Positions 46,484-56,190 are shown, counted from the first letter of the stretch. The stretch is 58,682 nucleotides of DNA from an uncultured Burkholderiales bacterium (GCA_903850735.1 CAINMN010000198.1:1-58682); one strand, 5' to 3'. Translations and numbers: made by a program. The notes: generated by a model not told the origin, from the sequence alone.

Positions 46484-47844
46484 GCGCGGCCCTCTTGCAC
46501 TGCGGCAAATGCGCCTTCCAGAACGTCACACATGAAGTCAACTTCTTCAAACGTAATCACAAGGGGAGGCGACAAGATCAAATTGGGCCCAGAGATGCGC
46601 ACCATCAGGCCAGCCTTGTAGGCTGCTTTGGCCACTCGTGCCGGAATGTCGCTTGATCGGGCCATGGGAACGCGTTTCGCCTTGTCACTGACCATCTCAA
46701 TGCCCAGCATAAGGCCCACACCGCGAACATCGCCAACAAAGTTGCAAGAGTCCACCAACTTAGCCAAACGACTTTGCAAATGCGCGCCCACGCGTGCAGC
46801 ATTACCGGTGACGTCAAGCGCCTCAATTTGGTCTAGTGTGGCCAGCGCCGCTGCCGCCGCGATGGGATGCGCGCTGTAGGTATAGCCATGTGACACTGAG
46901 GCCGTACCCGTTGTGTCGGCATCAAATACATCTGCAATGCGGTGATTGATGGCGGTTGCACCCAATGGGATGTAGCCCGAAGAGATGCCTTTTGCCAGAC
47001 ACCACATGTCTGCATTCACGCCCCACAGACGAGTCCCAAACAATTCACCGCTGCGACCAAAACCTGTCACAACCTCATCTGCAATTAACAAGACGCCATG
47101 CTTGTCACAGATCTGGCGCACCAATGGCCAGTAATTGGGCGGCGGCACAATCACGCCTCCCGCGCCCTGCACAGGCTCAGCAATGAATGCAGCCACCGTT
47201 TCCGGCCCCTGAAACACGATTTCGCGCTCTAAAAGTTCGGCGCATATTTCTCCCAATCGGATGGGGTCGTCGGTGTAAGGGTTGTGATAAACCCAAGGCG
47301 TGTCGATGTGAAAGCAGCCAGGCAACAAGGGTTCGTAGGCGCGGCGAAAATTGGTGTTGCCATTGACACTCATGCCACCAAAATGCACCCCGTGGTAGCC
47401 CTGCCTAAGGCTGATGAACTTGAAGCGGTCGGCCTGGCCTTTTAGCTTCCAATATTGGCGCGCCACTTTGAGGGCGCCCTCGACAGCGTCTGAGCCGCCG
47501 TTGGAAAACATGACGGTTGCCACGTCTTCATCATCCATCGTCTGCACCAAACGCTTTGACAACTCGATGGCTCTCGAATGCGTGGTGCCGCGAAAGACAT
47601 TGTAAAAAGGCAACTCGTCCATTTGCGCCACGATAGCGTCTCTGACCGGCTTGTTGCTGTGGCCCAAGTTGCAAGCCCACAAGCCACCCACACCATCCAG
47701 CATCTTGTGGCCATCGACGTCCCAAATCCAACAACCTTCACCTTTGGCAATGATGTCAGGCGTGGTTTTTTTCATCGCCCCTGGGTGCGCCATTGGATGC
47801 CAAATGTATTGTGCGTTATCCGCCTTGAGTTGGGTGTTGTTCAT
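46480..47844 (-). CDS. Class III (omega-amino acid) aminotransferase
   Basis: GGSDAVE, GYHG, FIAEPVQGAGG, DEVVTGFGRSG, AKG (PLP Lys), HGYTYSAHP. Confidence 0.95.
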   Translation of the reverse strand: MNNTQLKADNAQYIWHPMAHPGAMKKTTPDIIAKGEGCWIWDVDGHKMLDGVGGLWACNLGHSNKPVRDAIVAQMDELPFYNVFRGTTHSRAIELSKRLVQTMDDEDVATVMFSNGGSDAVEGALKVARQYWKLKGQADRFKFISLRQGYHGVHFGGMSVNGNTNFRRAYEPLLPGCFHIDTPWVYHNPYTDDPIRLGEICAELLEREIVFQGPETVAAFIAEPVQGAGGVIVPPPNYWPLVRQICDKHGVLLIADEVVTGFGRSGELFGTRLWGVNADMWCLAKGISSGYIPLGATAINHRIADVFDADTTGTASVSHGYTYSAHPIAAAAALATLDQIEALDVTGNAARVGAHLQSRLAKLVDSCNFVGDVRGVGLMLGIEMVSDKAKRVPMARSSDIPARVAKAAYKAGLMVRISGPNLILSPPLVITFEEVDFMCDVLEGAFAAVQEGRA

Positions 47845-47861
47845 GTCGTTTGCTTTCAAAA

Positions 47862-49346
47862 TCAAAGCTGAATCCAAGCCGATTTCAGGTCTAGGTACTT
47901 ATCTAAGGCATGCATTGACTTGTCGTGCCCATTACCCGACTGACGGACTCCTCCCAAAGGCATGGTGATGTCTGGGCCGCCATAGGTGTTGACGTGCACC
48001 ACACCGGCCTTGATGGCGCGCACCATTCGGTGAGCGCGCGACAGACTGCCCGTCCAGACGGCAGATGCCAAGCCATAAGTTGATTCGTTGGCCAGTCGCA
48101 CCGCATCGACCTCACTGTCAAATGGCATCACGGCCAGCAATGGCCCAAACACTTCTTCACGCGCCAGCGTCATGTTGGGCGTGACACGATCGAACAATGC
48201 AGGTGCCATGTAATGGCCCCCTTCAATGGGATGCAAAGCTTGACCACCCACGACAAGTCGGGCACCTTCATTCTGCGCACTCTGCACTGCTGCTAAATTT
48301 TTAGCCAATTGCCTTGCACTGCTGACGGCGCCGATCTCGGTGCTTACATCCAGCGGGTCGCCCACACGCAGGTTGACTGCAATGTCACGCAGTCGGTCTA
48401 CAAATTCATCATGAACTTCACGTTGAACCAACAGGCGCGATCCCGCGACACACACTTGCCCACTGTTTCGATAGATGCCTAGCGCCGAAACTTTGGCAGC
48501 CTGAGCCAAGTCAGGTGCATCGCTAAAAACAATGTTGGGCGATTTTCCACCCAACTCAAGGTAGACCCGCTTGAGATTGGACTCGGCAGATGCTTTGAGC
48601 AGCATGCGGCCCACAGGACCAGAACCCGTAAAGGTCAGGATGTCGACGTCCATGTGTCGGGCAAGGGCGTCACCCGCTACTGCGCCAGTTCCAGAGATCA
48701 CGTTAAGAACGCCTGGCGGCAACCCCGCCTCTAAGCACAATTGCCCCAATCGCAGCAAAGACAATGATGCGTCTTCTGAGGGCTTCAGCACCACTGAATT
48801 ACCAGCTGCAAGTGCGGGAGCAACTTTCCAAGCAGCAATCATCAATGGAAAATTCCAAGGAACGATGGCGGCCACCACACCTACCGGCTCTTTGTGAATC
48901 AGCCCCAAGGTACCTTCAGGCGTAGGCGCAATTTCGCCATTCACCTTGTCTACGCACTCGGCGTAATAACGAAAAGATCCGGCCGCACTTCCTGGCTCGG
49001 CCTTCCAGGCCATGGCAATTTCAGTGCCGTTGTCGCGCACACCCATCACAGCAAGCTCGGCATGGTGCGCCTCAATGCGATCGGCAATTCGGTGCAATAC
49101 TTTTTTGCGCTCTGCTGGAGGCATGCGCGACCAAACGCCTTGCTCAAAGCTGCGACGTGCCGCCTGGACCGCTTGATCGACGTCTTCAGGACCTGCCGCA
49201 GCAATGTGGCAAAGGGTCTGACCGTCAATAGGCGATACCGCAGGAAAAGTTTGGCCTGAAGCTGCATTCACCCATCGCCCATCGATCAGCAACTTCTGAT
49301 CGGCAATGGTGTGCAGGCGCAGTGCGTCGATCTGTTCTTGTTTCAT
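47862..49346 (-). CDS. Aldehyde dehydrogenase, PuuC-like
   Basis: PWNFP, FTGSG, SNLKRVYLELGGKSP, GQVCVAGSR, EEVFGP, QSGNGHDKS. Confidence 0.95.
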   Translation of the reverse strand: MKQEQIDALRLHTIADQKLLIDGRWVNAASGQTFPAVSPIDGQTLCHIAAAGPEDVDQAVQAARRSFEQGVWSRMPPAERKKVLHRIADRIEAHHAELAVMGVRDNGTEIAMAWKAEPGSAAGSFRYYAECVDKVNGEIAPTPEGTLGLIHKEPVGVVAAIVPWNFPLMIAAWKVAPALAAGNSVVLKPSEDASLSLLRLGQLCLEAGLPPGVLNVISGTGAVAGDALARHMDVDILTFTGSGPVGRMLLKASAESNLKRVYLELGGKSPNIVFSDAPDLAQAAKVSALGIYRNSGQVCVAGSRLLVQREVHDEFVDRLRDIAVNLRVGDPLDVSTEIGAVSSARQLAKNLAAVQSAQNEGARLVVGGQALHPIEGGHYMAPALFDRVTPNMTLAREEVFGPLLAVMPFDSEVDAVRLANESTYGLASAVWTGSLSRAHRMVRAIKAGVVHVNTYGGPDITMPLGGVRQSGNGHDKSMHALDKYLDLKSAWIQL

Positions 49347-49355
49347 ACAAAATGC

Positions 49356-49670
49356 TTAGTCTGGTACGTGCAACACAATGCCGTCTAACGCGCTGGAGGC
49401 TACCAATTGGCAGCTGAGTCGGCTGCCTGACTTTCTAGGTGCAATCACAACTTCAAGCATGGCGTTTTCCACATCGCTGATGGCTGGGCAAGCAGCCAGC
49501 CAGGCGTCGTCGACGTAAACATGGCAAGTAGCACACGAGAGGCATCCACCGCACTCACCTGCGATTCCAGGAATTCCGTTGAGCTGCGCTGCATCCATCA
49601 GGTTGGTGCCTTCGTTGACGTCGTCACTCACACGATCGCCGTTGCTCATGATCCAGTGCACTTGAGGCAT
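49356..49670 (-). CDS. [2Fe-2S] ferredoxin, putidaredoxin type
   Basis: ECGGCLSCATCHVYV...SRLSCQ. Confidence 0.95.
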   Translation of the reverse strand: MPQVHWIMSNGDRVSDDVNEGTNLMDAAQLNGIPGIAGECGGCLSCATCHVYVDDAWLAACPAISDVENAMLEVVIAPRKSGSRLSCQLVASSALDGIVLHVPD

Positions 49671-49697
49671 GTTGCGTTCTTTCGTTTGGGTTCTGCT

Positions 49698-51008
49698 TTA
49701 GATGAATCGAATGTAGTAGTCGCGAAGGGCATCCCCTACAAGGCTTGCAGTTCGTTCAATTTCATGGCGTTTGATGCCAACATGGTTGGCCACCAAGCCT
49801 TCACCGATGGCTTGCGTCAGGGCTGTATCTGCCTCAAGCGCATCAAGAGCACCGCCAAGGCTTTCTGCAACACTGTGTGTTGCATCCTTGTTTTCCAAAC
49901 AATCTCCCGTCTCGATGGGCTGCAGGGGATAAGCATGAGCCACACCCAACCTTGCCGCCTGCAACACAGCCGCTGTGTGGGTATAGGGATTGGCTGTCGC
50001 ATCGCCCATGCGATGTTCAATGCGCGCGCCTGGGCCGGCTTCGGCCGACAGGCGAACCGTGACACCACGGTGATCGACCGCCCAGTTTTGCCAGAAACCC
50101 GACAGGCTGGCAGGTTGCAGACGTTGGTACGAGTTAGCGCTTGGCGCAAGCAGTCCAGCCAGCGCCTGGTGGTGCTTCATTAGCCCAGCTGTGCAGCCAA
50201 GCGTGAGCGCATTGAATTCGCTTGCATCGTGTCCGCCCGAGATGGTGTTGTGGCCTTTTTCATCTTGCAAACTGAAGTTGATATGGACACCACTGCCACC
50301 AGCTGTCAGGATAGGCTTGGGCATAAAGGTCAAAACGATACCGTGCTGAAAAGCCACTTCGCGCGCCAGCAATCTGAATAAAAAGATATCGTCCACGGCT
50401 TTCACCGCACGGTCGTAGGTCAGCGTGAATTCGAACTGAGGCGCGTCGTATTCCGTGTTCATGCTGTCGATGCGAAAACCTGCAGCAGTTGCCTTCTCCC
50501 AAAGTGAGTCTGTAAAACCTCTGGGGTCAGAAAAGGGTCCTGTGGCGTAAACATGTGCTGCAGGCGTTTCATAGGGCTTGAGCGACCCATCGGGCTCCAT
50601 TTGAAAAGCAAAAGCTTCAAGCTCGATACCCACCATGGGTTCATATCCCATGCTTTGCCAATCTGCCACTGCGCGCTTCAAAGCACTCCGACCACACATG
50701 GGCAATGGACTGCCATCATTGGCTTTGAGATCGCCAATCGCCACCTTGGTCAAGGGCTGCCATCCGGGTCGAATGTCCTCGGCAGTGTATGCCGCCTCCA
50801 TATCGGGCAACCCCTCCATCACCATGGCACCTGGCACAGGGATCAGCTCTTTTTCATATGTCACGCCAAAGGTGCCCCGACAAAAACGGGCCCCGCCATC
50901 TTGCCCAGGCTTCAGTGTGACGTACTTACCACGGGCGATGGCCAGATGGTCACAAAATAAAACTCGAAGACGCTCTTGGACGTTAGAAGTCATGATTTTC
51001 ACCTTCAT
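49698..51008 (-). CDS. Glutamine synthetase-like gamma-glutamyl-amine ligase (PuuA type)
   Basis: GIELE, TEYDAPQFE, TFMPKP, GSGVHINFS, NSYQRL, RIEHR, ANPY; ATGA overlap with the P450 stop. Confidence 0.9.
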   Translation of the reverse strand: MKVKIMTSNVQERLRVLFCDHLAIARGKYVTLKPGQDGGARFCRGTFGVTYEKELIPVPGAMVMEGLPDMEAAYTAEDIRPGWQPLTKVAIGDLKANDGSPLPMCGRSALKRAVADWQSMGYEPMVGIELEAFAFQMEPDGSLKPYETPAAHVYATGPFSDPRGFTDSLWEKATAAGFRIDSMNTEYDAPQFEFTLTYDRAVKAVDDIFLFRLLAREVAFQHGIVLTFMPKPILTAGGSGVHINFSLQDEKGHNTISGGHDASEFNALTLGCTAGLMKHHQALAGLLAPSANSYQRLQPASLSGFWQNWAVDHRGVTVRLSAEAGPGARIEHRMGDATANPYTHTAAVLQAARLGVAHAYPLQPIETGDCLENKDATHSVAESLGGALDALEADTALTQAIGEGLVANHVGIKRHEIERTASLVGDALRDYYIRFI

Positions 51009-52270
51009 GTTAGGTGCATGCGCACCGGTAAGCGTTTGATGCCACACACAAAGTTTGATCTTAAAAACAAGTGCTCGCCTGTTTGTTCAATGCGCTCAAC
51101 GCGTTTGATTAACTCTTGCAGCAACACACGCAACTCAAGTCTGGCCAGCCACATTCCCAAACACGCATGCGGACCTCCCTGTCCAAATGAGAGGTGACGA
51201 TTGGTGCCTCGGCTCAGATTGACGCTAAAAGGTTGTTCGAAGGCTCGCTCATCTCGATTTCCCGAAATAAACCAAAGGAGCACCTTATCGCCCGCCAACA
51301 CCTTTTTGCCGTGGTATTGAAAATCTTCGGTAGCCGTGCGCCTAAAGTGCGTCGCGGGTGATGCCCAGCGAATGAACTCGTCAGCCACGGCTTCCCAAGC
51401 GGCATCACCTTGCACGGATTTGAGTTGGGCCATCAGGCCAGGCTGGTTGGCCAAAGCGTGCAGCGCTGCTGCAATGGAGTAGCGCGTGGTGTCGTTGCCC
51501 GCAGCAACAAGCAAACAAAAGAAATTTCGAAACTCGTTGTCACTGATCACGTTGCCCTGTGCGTCAGGTTGACTAATGAGGTGTAACACGCCACTGGCGT
51601 CACCCCCGGTACCTTGGCGCGACATCAGCTTCGATGCGTAATCGTATAGATCAGCGCCGGCAGGTGAGCGGAAAGGCATCAAACGATATGCATCGGTGTC
51701 TATCTTGTCCACCACATGGCTGGTGAAGTCGCCGTCGGTGTTGGCCATCAACGCATCACCCTTATCAACCAACCAATCCAAATCTTCTTCAGGCAAACCG
51801 GCAATGCGTCCTAGCATGCGCATGGGCAGCTGGCGCGCAATGTGATGGGTGGCGTCAAACTCACCTAAAGTCAATGCTTGGTCGAGAATATTCACACACA
51901 GTTCGCGAATTTGGTCCTCGTACAAAGCCATCATGGGCTTGGAAAAGGCTTTTGCCACCAACATGCGTGTTCGCGTATGTTCTGGCGGGTCAGTTTCCTG
52001 AAAAGTTCGCCTTGCCAAGTACTCCTCGCGCGTTTGGTCTTCCATGCGAATGCCCTGAGCCGAACTGAGCCGTTGATGGTTTCGATTGAGCTCCAAAATG
52101 TCGGCATGCCGCGTGACAGACCAGAAGCCCTTGCCTTCTGACCAATCGCACCAAGCCATAGGATCCTCATCACGAAGTCGCTTGAAAGTGTTGTGAGGTG
52201 TGCCATCCACAAAACTGTCGTGATTTGTCAGGTCGGCATGGCCATCATCAGTCGGTACCCAGACGGTCAT
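51005..52270 (-). CDS. Cytochrome P450
   Basis: DPPEHTRTR, I-helix AAGNDTT, EFIR (ExxR), heme motif FGQGGPHACLG. Confidence 0.96.
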   Translation of the reverse strand: MTVWVPTDDGHADLTNHDSFVDGTPHNTFKRLRDEDPMAWCDWSEGKGFWSVTRHADILELNRNHQRLSSAQGIRMEDQTREEYLARRTFQETDPPEHTRTRMLVAKAFSKPMMALYEDQIRELCVNILDQALTLGEFDATHHIARQLPMRMLGRIAGLPEEDLDWLVDKGDALMANTDGDFTSHVVDKIDTDAYRLMPFRSPAGADLYDYASKLMSRQGTGGDASGVLHLISQPDAQGNVISDNEFRNFFCLLVAAGNDTTRYSIAAALHALANQPGLMAQLKSVQGDAAWEAVADEFIRWASPATHFRRTATEDFQYHGKKVLAGDKVLLWFISGNRDERAFEQPFSVNLSRGTNRHLSFGQGGPHACLGMWLARLELRVLLQELIKRVERIEQTGEHLFLRSNFVCGIKRLPVRMHLT

Positions 52271-52995
52271 TTTTTTGCATCCCTTGCGTATTCCATGAAC
52301 TGCACCATCCAACGCCCCCAAAGGCTTGCGTCTGACATCTGAGAAAGGCTGACCATTGCATTTTCTAGGGTGCCGGCGTCTAGTTTGCCCCTCAAGTGGC
52401 TCAACAGCGCTTGCATGAACTTCAATGACATTTCGGGGTGATATTGGGTCGTCCAGATGTGTTGGCCCATTTGCATCGAAGCTATAGGACAAAAATCGTT
52501 GCCTCCCAAGCATTCAGCGCCATCGGGCAATTGGGTGACTTGTTCATTGTGCGCAGCCATCAAGGTTGTCGCGGCCAATGCAGGTTGCATCCATGGACTT
52601 TTTTTTCGCCAATACGTGGTGGCCGTACCCAAGCCCCAACCCTCTGCATGGCGCGACACTTGTCCGCCCAGTGCTCGCGCGACCGCTTGGTGTCCAAAAC
52701 ACAAACCAATCAGCGGTTGTTTGGCAGCATGAATTTGACGAATAAAGTCTAGAAAGGGTATCAACCACACCAGTCGGTCATCGTTGACAGACGCTGGGCT
52801 GCCCGTGATGATATAGCCGTCAAAGTCTAGGGGACTGGTTGGCAATACCCCGTCTTTCACTGGCACTGTTTCGAAAATCCAATCAGGACGGTGTTCTTCA
52901 AGAAGATCCGCCACCTTTTGACCGTCATTCGGAAACTCGGCAGCAAACGCTGATTTGTCGTCGTTGGTCAGCAAAATGGCAATGCGCAGGTTCAT
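52267..52995 (-). CDS. Class I glutamine amidotransferase-like protein (probable gamma-glutamyl hydrolase)
   Basis: ITGSPASV, GLCFGHQ (Cys nucleophile), QYHPE (His-Glu). Confidence 0.9.
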   Translation of the reverse strand: MNLRIAILLTNDDKSAFAAEFPNDGQKVADLLEEHRPDWIFETVPVKDGVLPTSPLDFDGYIITGSPASVNDDRLVWLIPFLDFIRQIHAAKQPLIGLCFGHQAVARALGGQVSRHAEGWGLGTATTYWRKKSPWMQPALAATTLMAAHNEQVTQLPDGAECLGGNDFCPIASMQMGQHIWTTQYHPEMSLKFMQALLSHLRGKLDAGTLENAMVSLSQMSDASLWGRWMVQFMEYARDAKK

Positions 52996-53150
52996 CGGAT
53001 GTTTTCCAAGCTTCTTGCAAATGCTATGCAATTGGCGCATGTGGCACTATCAAGTTTGGGCACCGAAGACTGCGGGTTTTCACGAAAAGCCGGCATTTTA
53101 GAAACGGGCACACTTATTCATTCAAACCTACTGGCTGTGATCTATCGCTC

Positions 53151-54110
53151 ATGACCTCCTCAAGTGCCTGCGAAACTTGGTCTCAAGTTCTGGACACTCA
53201 GGACATGGACCAGCACGCCTTGGCTCAGCAGGGCTGGGCACTACGCTACGAACAATTGTCTTCAGGACAATTCAAGGGCCGCATTCATCAGGTGCAATTA
53301 CCCGAGGTGACCTTGCTGCGAGAAGACACCAACATCGCTTTGCGTCAGCGAGGTCGGCTAGACGATAGCGTTTACGGTTTCGCCATGGCGCTTCAAGACC
53401 CGAGGGATCTGTTCTTCAATGGCCAACGGGTTCCTTCTAATGCCATCATGTGCGGCAAAGGCGATGAAGTTGACCTGACCACACCTGCGCATTTCACCTT
53501 GATTGCCGTCGTGGTTGATAGGCGCCTGCTCAATCCTTTGTGGGAGCGCATGTACCAGAAACCACTGGCTCATTGGCTAGAAAAACAATTGGTGCTACAA
53601 ACAACTGACATCAAAGCGCAAAACTTGCGTGATCTGCAACTCACTGTGCTGGACCAAGCCACTGCCTTGGCGCATCGACAACACGATCCGCAAGCTCTGA
53701 GGCAGTTGCGAGATGAGATTCTGATGGAGTGGCTTGAAGCACTGCCTTCACAGGTAGATACTTCCGAACTTCCCAATTTAGAGCGACGAAAAAAATTGGT
53801 TGATCGCGCTTGTGAACTCATGATGGGACATGCCGATGAACCGCTTTCAATTCTTGAAGTGTGCAGCCGTGTTGGCACAAGTCGGCGCAAGCTCAACTAC
53901 TGCTTTCAGGACGTCTTGGGAACAACCCCCATCAAGTACCTCCGGTCTTTGCGTTTAAACAGTGTACGGCGGGCCATCAGGCAAGCAGCGCCTGGCGTCA
54001 CCATCCAAGACATTGCCTCACATTGGGGCTTCTGGCACTTAAGTCAGTTTGCACAGGACTACCGGCAACTGTTTGGGGAGTTGCCATCGGACACCCTTCA
54101 AAAGCGCTGA
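53151..54110 (+). CDS. AraC family regulator, EutR-like
   Basis: YEQLSSGQF N-domain; SRRKLNYCFQDVLG...RLNSVRR...WGFWHLSQFAQDYRQLFGELPS. Confidence 0.93.
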   Translation: MTSSSACETWSQVLDTQDMDQHALAQQGWALRYEQLSSGQFKGRIHQVQLPEVTLLREDTNIALRQRGRLDDSVYGFAMALQDPRDLFFNGQRVPSNAIMCGKGDEVDLTTPAHFTLIAVVVDRRLLNPLWERMYQKPLAHWLEKQLVLQTTDIKAQNLRDLQLTVLDQATALAHRQHDPQALRQLRDEILMEWLEALPSQVDTSELPNLERRKKLVDRACELMMGHADEPLSILEVCSRVGTSRRKLNYCFQDVLGTTPIKYLRSLRLNSVRRAIRQAAPGVTIQDIASHWGFWHLSQFAQDYRQLFGELPSDTLQKR

Positions 54111-54236
54111 AATCAAGGCCAGCCGAAGTGGTGCCGCGGTCGACAGCTTCATGCACCCTCGCTCCGTCTCACAAGACGAGCCCTTGGCCATGGTGCAGAG
54201 CGGTGGCAGCGTCTTTGGCCTCGACGTTGATTTAAA

Positions 54237-54281
54237 TGGTAGGGCGTGAGTGACTTGAACACTCGACCAAAGGATTATGAG
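54237..54281 (-). repeat. att-like 3' half of a CAT-anticodon tRNA (Ile2/Met type)
   Basis: Reverse complement CTCATAA-TCCTTTGGTC-GAGTG-TTCAAGT-CACTC-ACGCCCT-ACCA gives anticodon loop, T-arm, acceptor strand and CCA; no 5' half. Confidence 0.92.
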
Positions 54282-54308
54282 CAGCTTCAAGAAATAAAAC
54301 GTCAATTA

Positions 54309-54361
54309 AATCAACAGGTTACGCATGATTTGCAGGGGTGTGGAAGCAAATGTGGAAGCAA
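54309..54361. promoter_or_regulatory. IHF site plus tandem arm-type repeats beside the att core
   Basis: AATCAACAGGTTA (54309-54321) matches WATCAANNNNTTR; TGTGGAAGCAA repeated at 54339 and 54351. Confidence 0.7.
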
Positions 54362-54595
54362 CGTTTATTCACTTCGAACAAGCTACGGACTGTTAATCAG
54401 CGGTTTACTGCATCAACTTAGGACAACGTGTGAGTACATTTATATCATTTGTTACACACTTGATTGCACGGTCGCGGTGAAATGCAAACTGCAAAATAGT
54501 TCATCAAGACGACCTCCCCGTTCGCGATCAGACTCAATTTTTCGCCTATTGATTTAGGGAATGCAAGCTTATGAATGAACCATGTATCGAAGCAT

Positions 54596-54750
54596 TCAAG
54601 CCTTAAACCAACAATACAAATACTCTTGATGCGTACCCTTTGGTGTGTTGTGCTCGACAAGCTCCTTGCCCAACAGCTGAAAGTTCTTGCCAACTCGTTG
54701 TGTAGACTTTTATCGTCGTAGCGCACTACATCTAATCCGATGCAATTCAA
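54596..54750 (-). pseudogene. Frameshifted C-terminal remnant of a class I SAM methyltransferase
   Basis: CIGLDVVRYDDKSLHNEL, frameshift, then KNFQLLGKELVEHNTPKGTHQEYLYCWFKA*; resembles the CSGL.V.RY...H.TP...Q.F.Y tail of a known methyltransferase family. Confidence 0.7.
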
Positions 54751-54811
54751 ATTGGACTACGAAAGTACTTACACCCCTTGCCGCTAGGCAGCAGGGGGGC
54801 AAGACTTCAAT

Positions 54812-55438
54812 TTACAGGGACTTGGTCGAAAAATACCAGTCCTTCATGGCGTAGCCCTCGCCTTTGCGCTTGGCAATGGCTTCAGGCGTTTTGGGTGGTG
54901 GCACGATCACGTCGCAACCGGGCGTCCAGCCTTCGGGCGTGGCGATTTTGTGGGCATCGCTGGTCTGCATGGCTTGCAACAAACGCACAAACTCTTCAAT
55001 CGAGCGGCCATTGCTCATGGGGTAATACACCATGGCGCGCAGTTTGCCTTCGGGGTCAATGAAGAAGGTGGCACGCACGGCCTGGGTGTCGGCCGCGCCG
55101 GGATGGATCATGCCGTAGGCTTGGGCCACTTCCATCTTGATGTCGTCAATGATGGGGAAAGGAATCTCCACACCAAAGTTGTTTTGGATGCTTTGCATCC
55201 AGGCCAAGTGCGAGTAAATGCTGTCGATCGACAGGCCAAGCAATTCGCAGTTCATGCTTTTGAACAACTCGGCGCGCTTGGCAAAACCGATGAATTCGGT
55301 GGTGCAGACAGGTGTGAAGTCGGCAGGGTGCGAGAACAAGATGAGCCACTTGCCTTTGTAATCGGCCAAGCTGCGCTGGCCGTGGGTGGTATTGGCGCTG
55401 AAAGCGGGTGCGGCTTCGTTGATGAGGGGCATGGGCAT
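54812..55438 (-). CDS. Peroxiredoxin (Prx6/TDXH type)
   Basis: FSHPADFTPVCTTE, VRATFFIDP, YYPMSNGR, ATPEGW. Confidence 0.94.
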   Translation of the reverse strand: MPMPLINEAAPAFSANTTHGQRSLADYKGKWLILFSHPADFTPVCTTEFIGFAKRAELFKSMNCELLGLSIDSIYSHLAWMQSIQNNFGVEIPFPIIDDIKMEVAQAYGMIHPGAADTQAVRATFFIDPEGKLRAMVYYPMSNGRSIEEFVRLLQAMQTSDAHKIATPEGWTPGCDVIVPPPKTPEAIAKRKGEGYAMKDWYFSTKSL

Positions 55439-55644
55439 GACGGTTTTCCTTTGAGTTTGACTATCAGTTTTCGAAATCGAAAGATTTATTCAATCGACAA
55501 TGCCAACTGTACGTACCCCAGCAGGTATTCGGTATGAGTTATCTCAATGAAAGGCATAGTGACAATTGCGACCTTCAAATCGCCAAAATTGATCTATCGC
55601 AAGCCCTCAGCGCCTTGGCCGTGCATATCCCCAAAACCACACCC

Positions 55645-56109
55645 TCAATGCTTGGCAGGCCCTGCGGCTTTGGCCGCCGCGTCAAAACCGCCTTTGGCCT
55701 TCCACTCCTGCATGCCGCCTTGCAAAATTTTGACGTTGTCCCAACCCGCTACTCGCAATGCAAATCCAGCTTGAGCAGACAAGGAGCCCGTGTTGCAGTA
55801 AATGAGTACCGGTTTGTTTTTCGGAATCGTGCTTCGCTTGGCCAGCACTTGCCGCCAGTCCATGTTGATGGCGCCAGGAATGTGTCCCTTGGCAAATTGC
55901 GCCGGGTCACGCGCATCGATCACCATGAACTTGGGCCACTCGTCTTTGGGAATTTGCTCTGCAAAAATCACGCCACCGCCGTAGTCAACAAACTCCAGAT
56001 ACGCCTCCATCTCGTCGGTGGCGATGGCTTTGTTGTCGGCGAGGGCAGCTGGGGCCAGCAGCAAGCTGCCAGCGGTGGCTGCGGCAAGAGCTATGGAAAG
56101 ATAGCGCAT
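55645..56109 (-). CDS. Exported rhodanese-domain protein
   Basis: Signal peptide (ALA-D), IDAR, GHIPGAIN, active loop YCNTGSLS, LQGGMQEW. Confidence 0.9.
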   Translation of the reverse strand: MRYLSIALAAATAGSLLLAPAALADNKAIATDEMEAYLEFVDYGGGVIFAEQIPKDEWPKFMVIDARDPAQFAKGHIPGAINMDWRQVLAKRSTIPKNKPVLIYCNTGSLSAQAGFALRVAGWDNVKILQGGMQEWKAKGGFDAAAKAAGPAKH

Positions 56110-56190
56110 AAGGTCTCCACTTTGTCAGGCAATATCAGCCAAGAGGAATATTGTCGCTGAATGGTCAATGATCCGGATGCATCAACATTT

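Larger units (their letters stand above)
44548..54281. mobile_element. Genomic islet (~9.7 kb) bounded by direct tRNA-derived repeats; no integrase inside
   Basis: Direct repeats at both ends; visibly less GC-biased codon usage than the core genes; self-contained regulator plus operon. Confidence 0.72.

Noticed and set aside
49698-51008. Housekeeping glutamine synthetase glnA
   Set aside because: Divergent sequence and catabolic context point to a gamma-glutamyl-amine ligase.
52996-53060. Sigma54 promoter for the amine operon (TTGCAT-N5-TTGCA)
   Set aside because: It lacks the invariant GG at -24, and the adjacent regulator is AraC-type.
54237-54281. Functional tRNA-Met/Ile gene
   Set aside because: Only the 3' half is present; the D-arm and 5' acceptor strand are absent.
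54339-54361. CRISPR or iteron array
   Set aside because: Only two 11-bp units with no spacers, and no cas or rep genes.
55455-55500. OxyR site upstream of the peroxiredoxin
   Set aside because: Only a weak partial match to the ATAG-N7-CTAT repeats; not supportable by eye.
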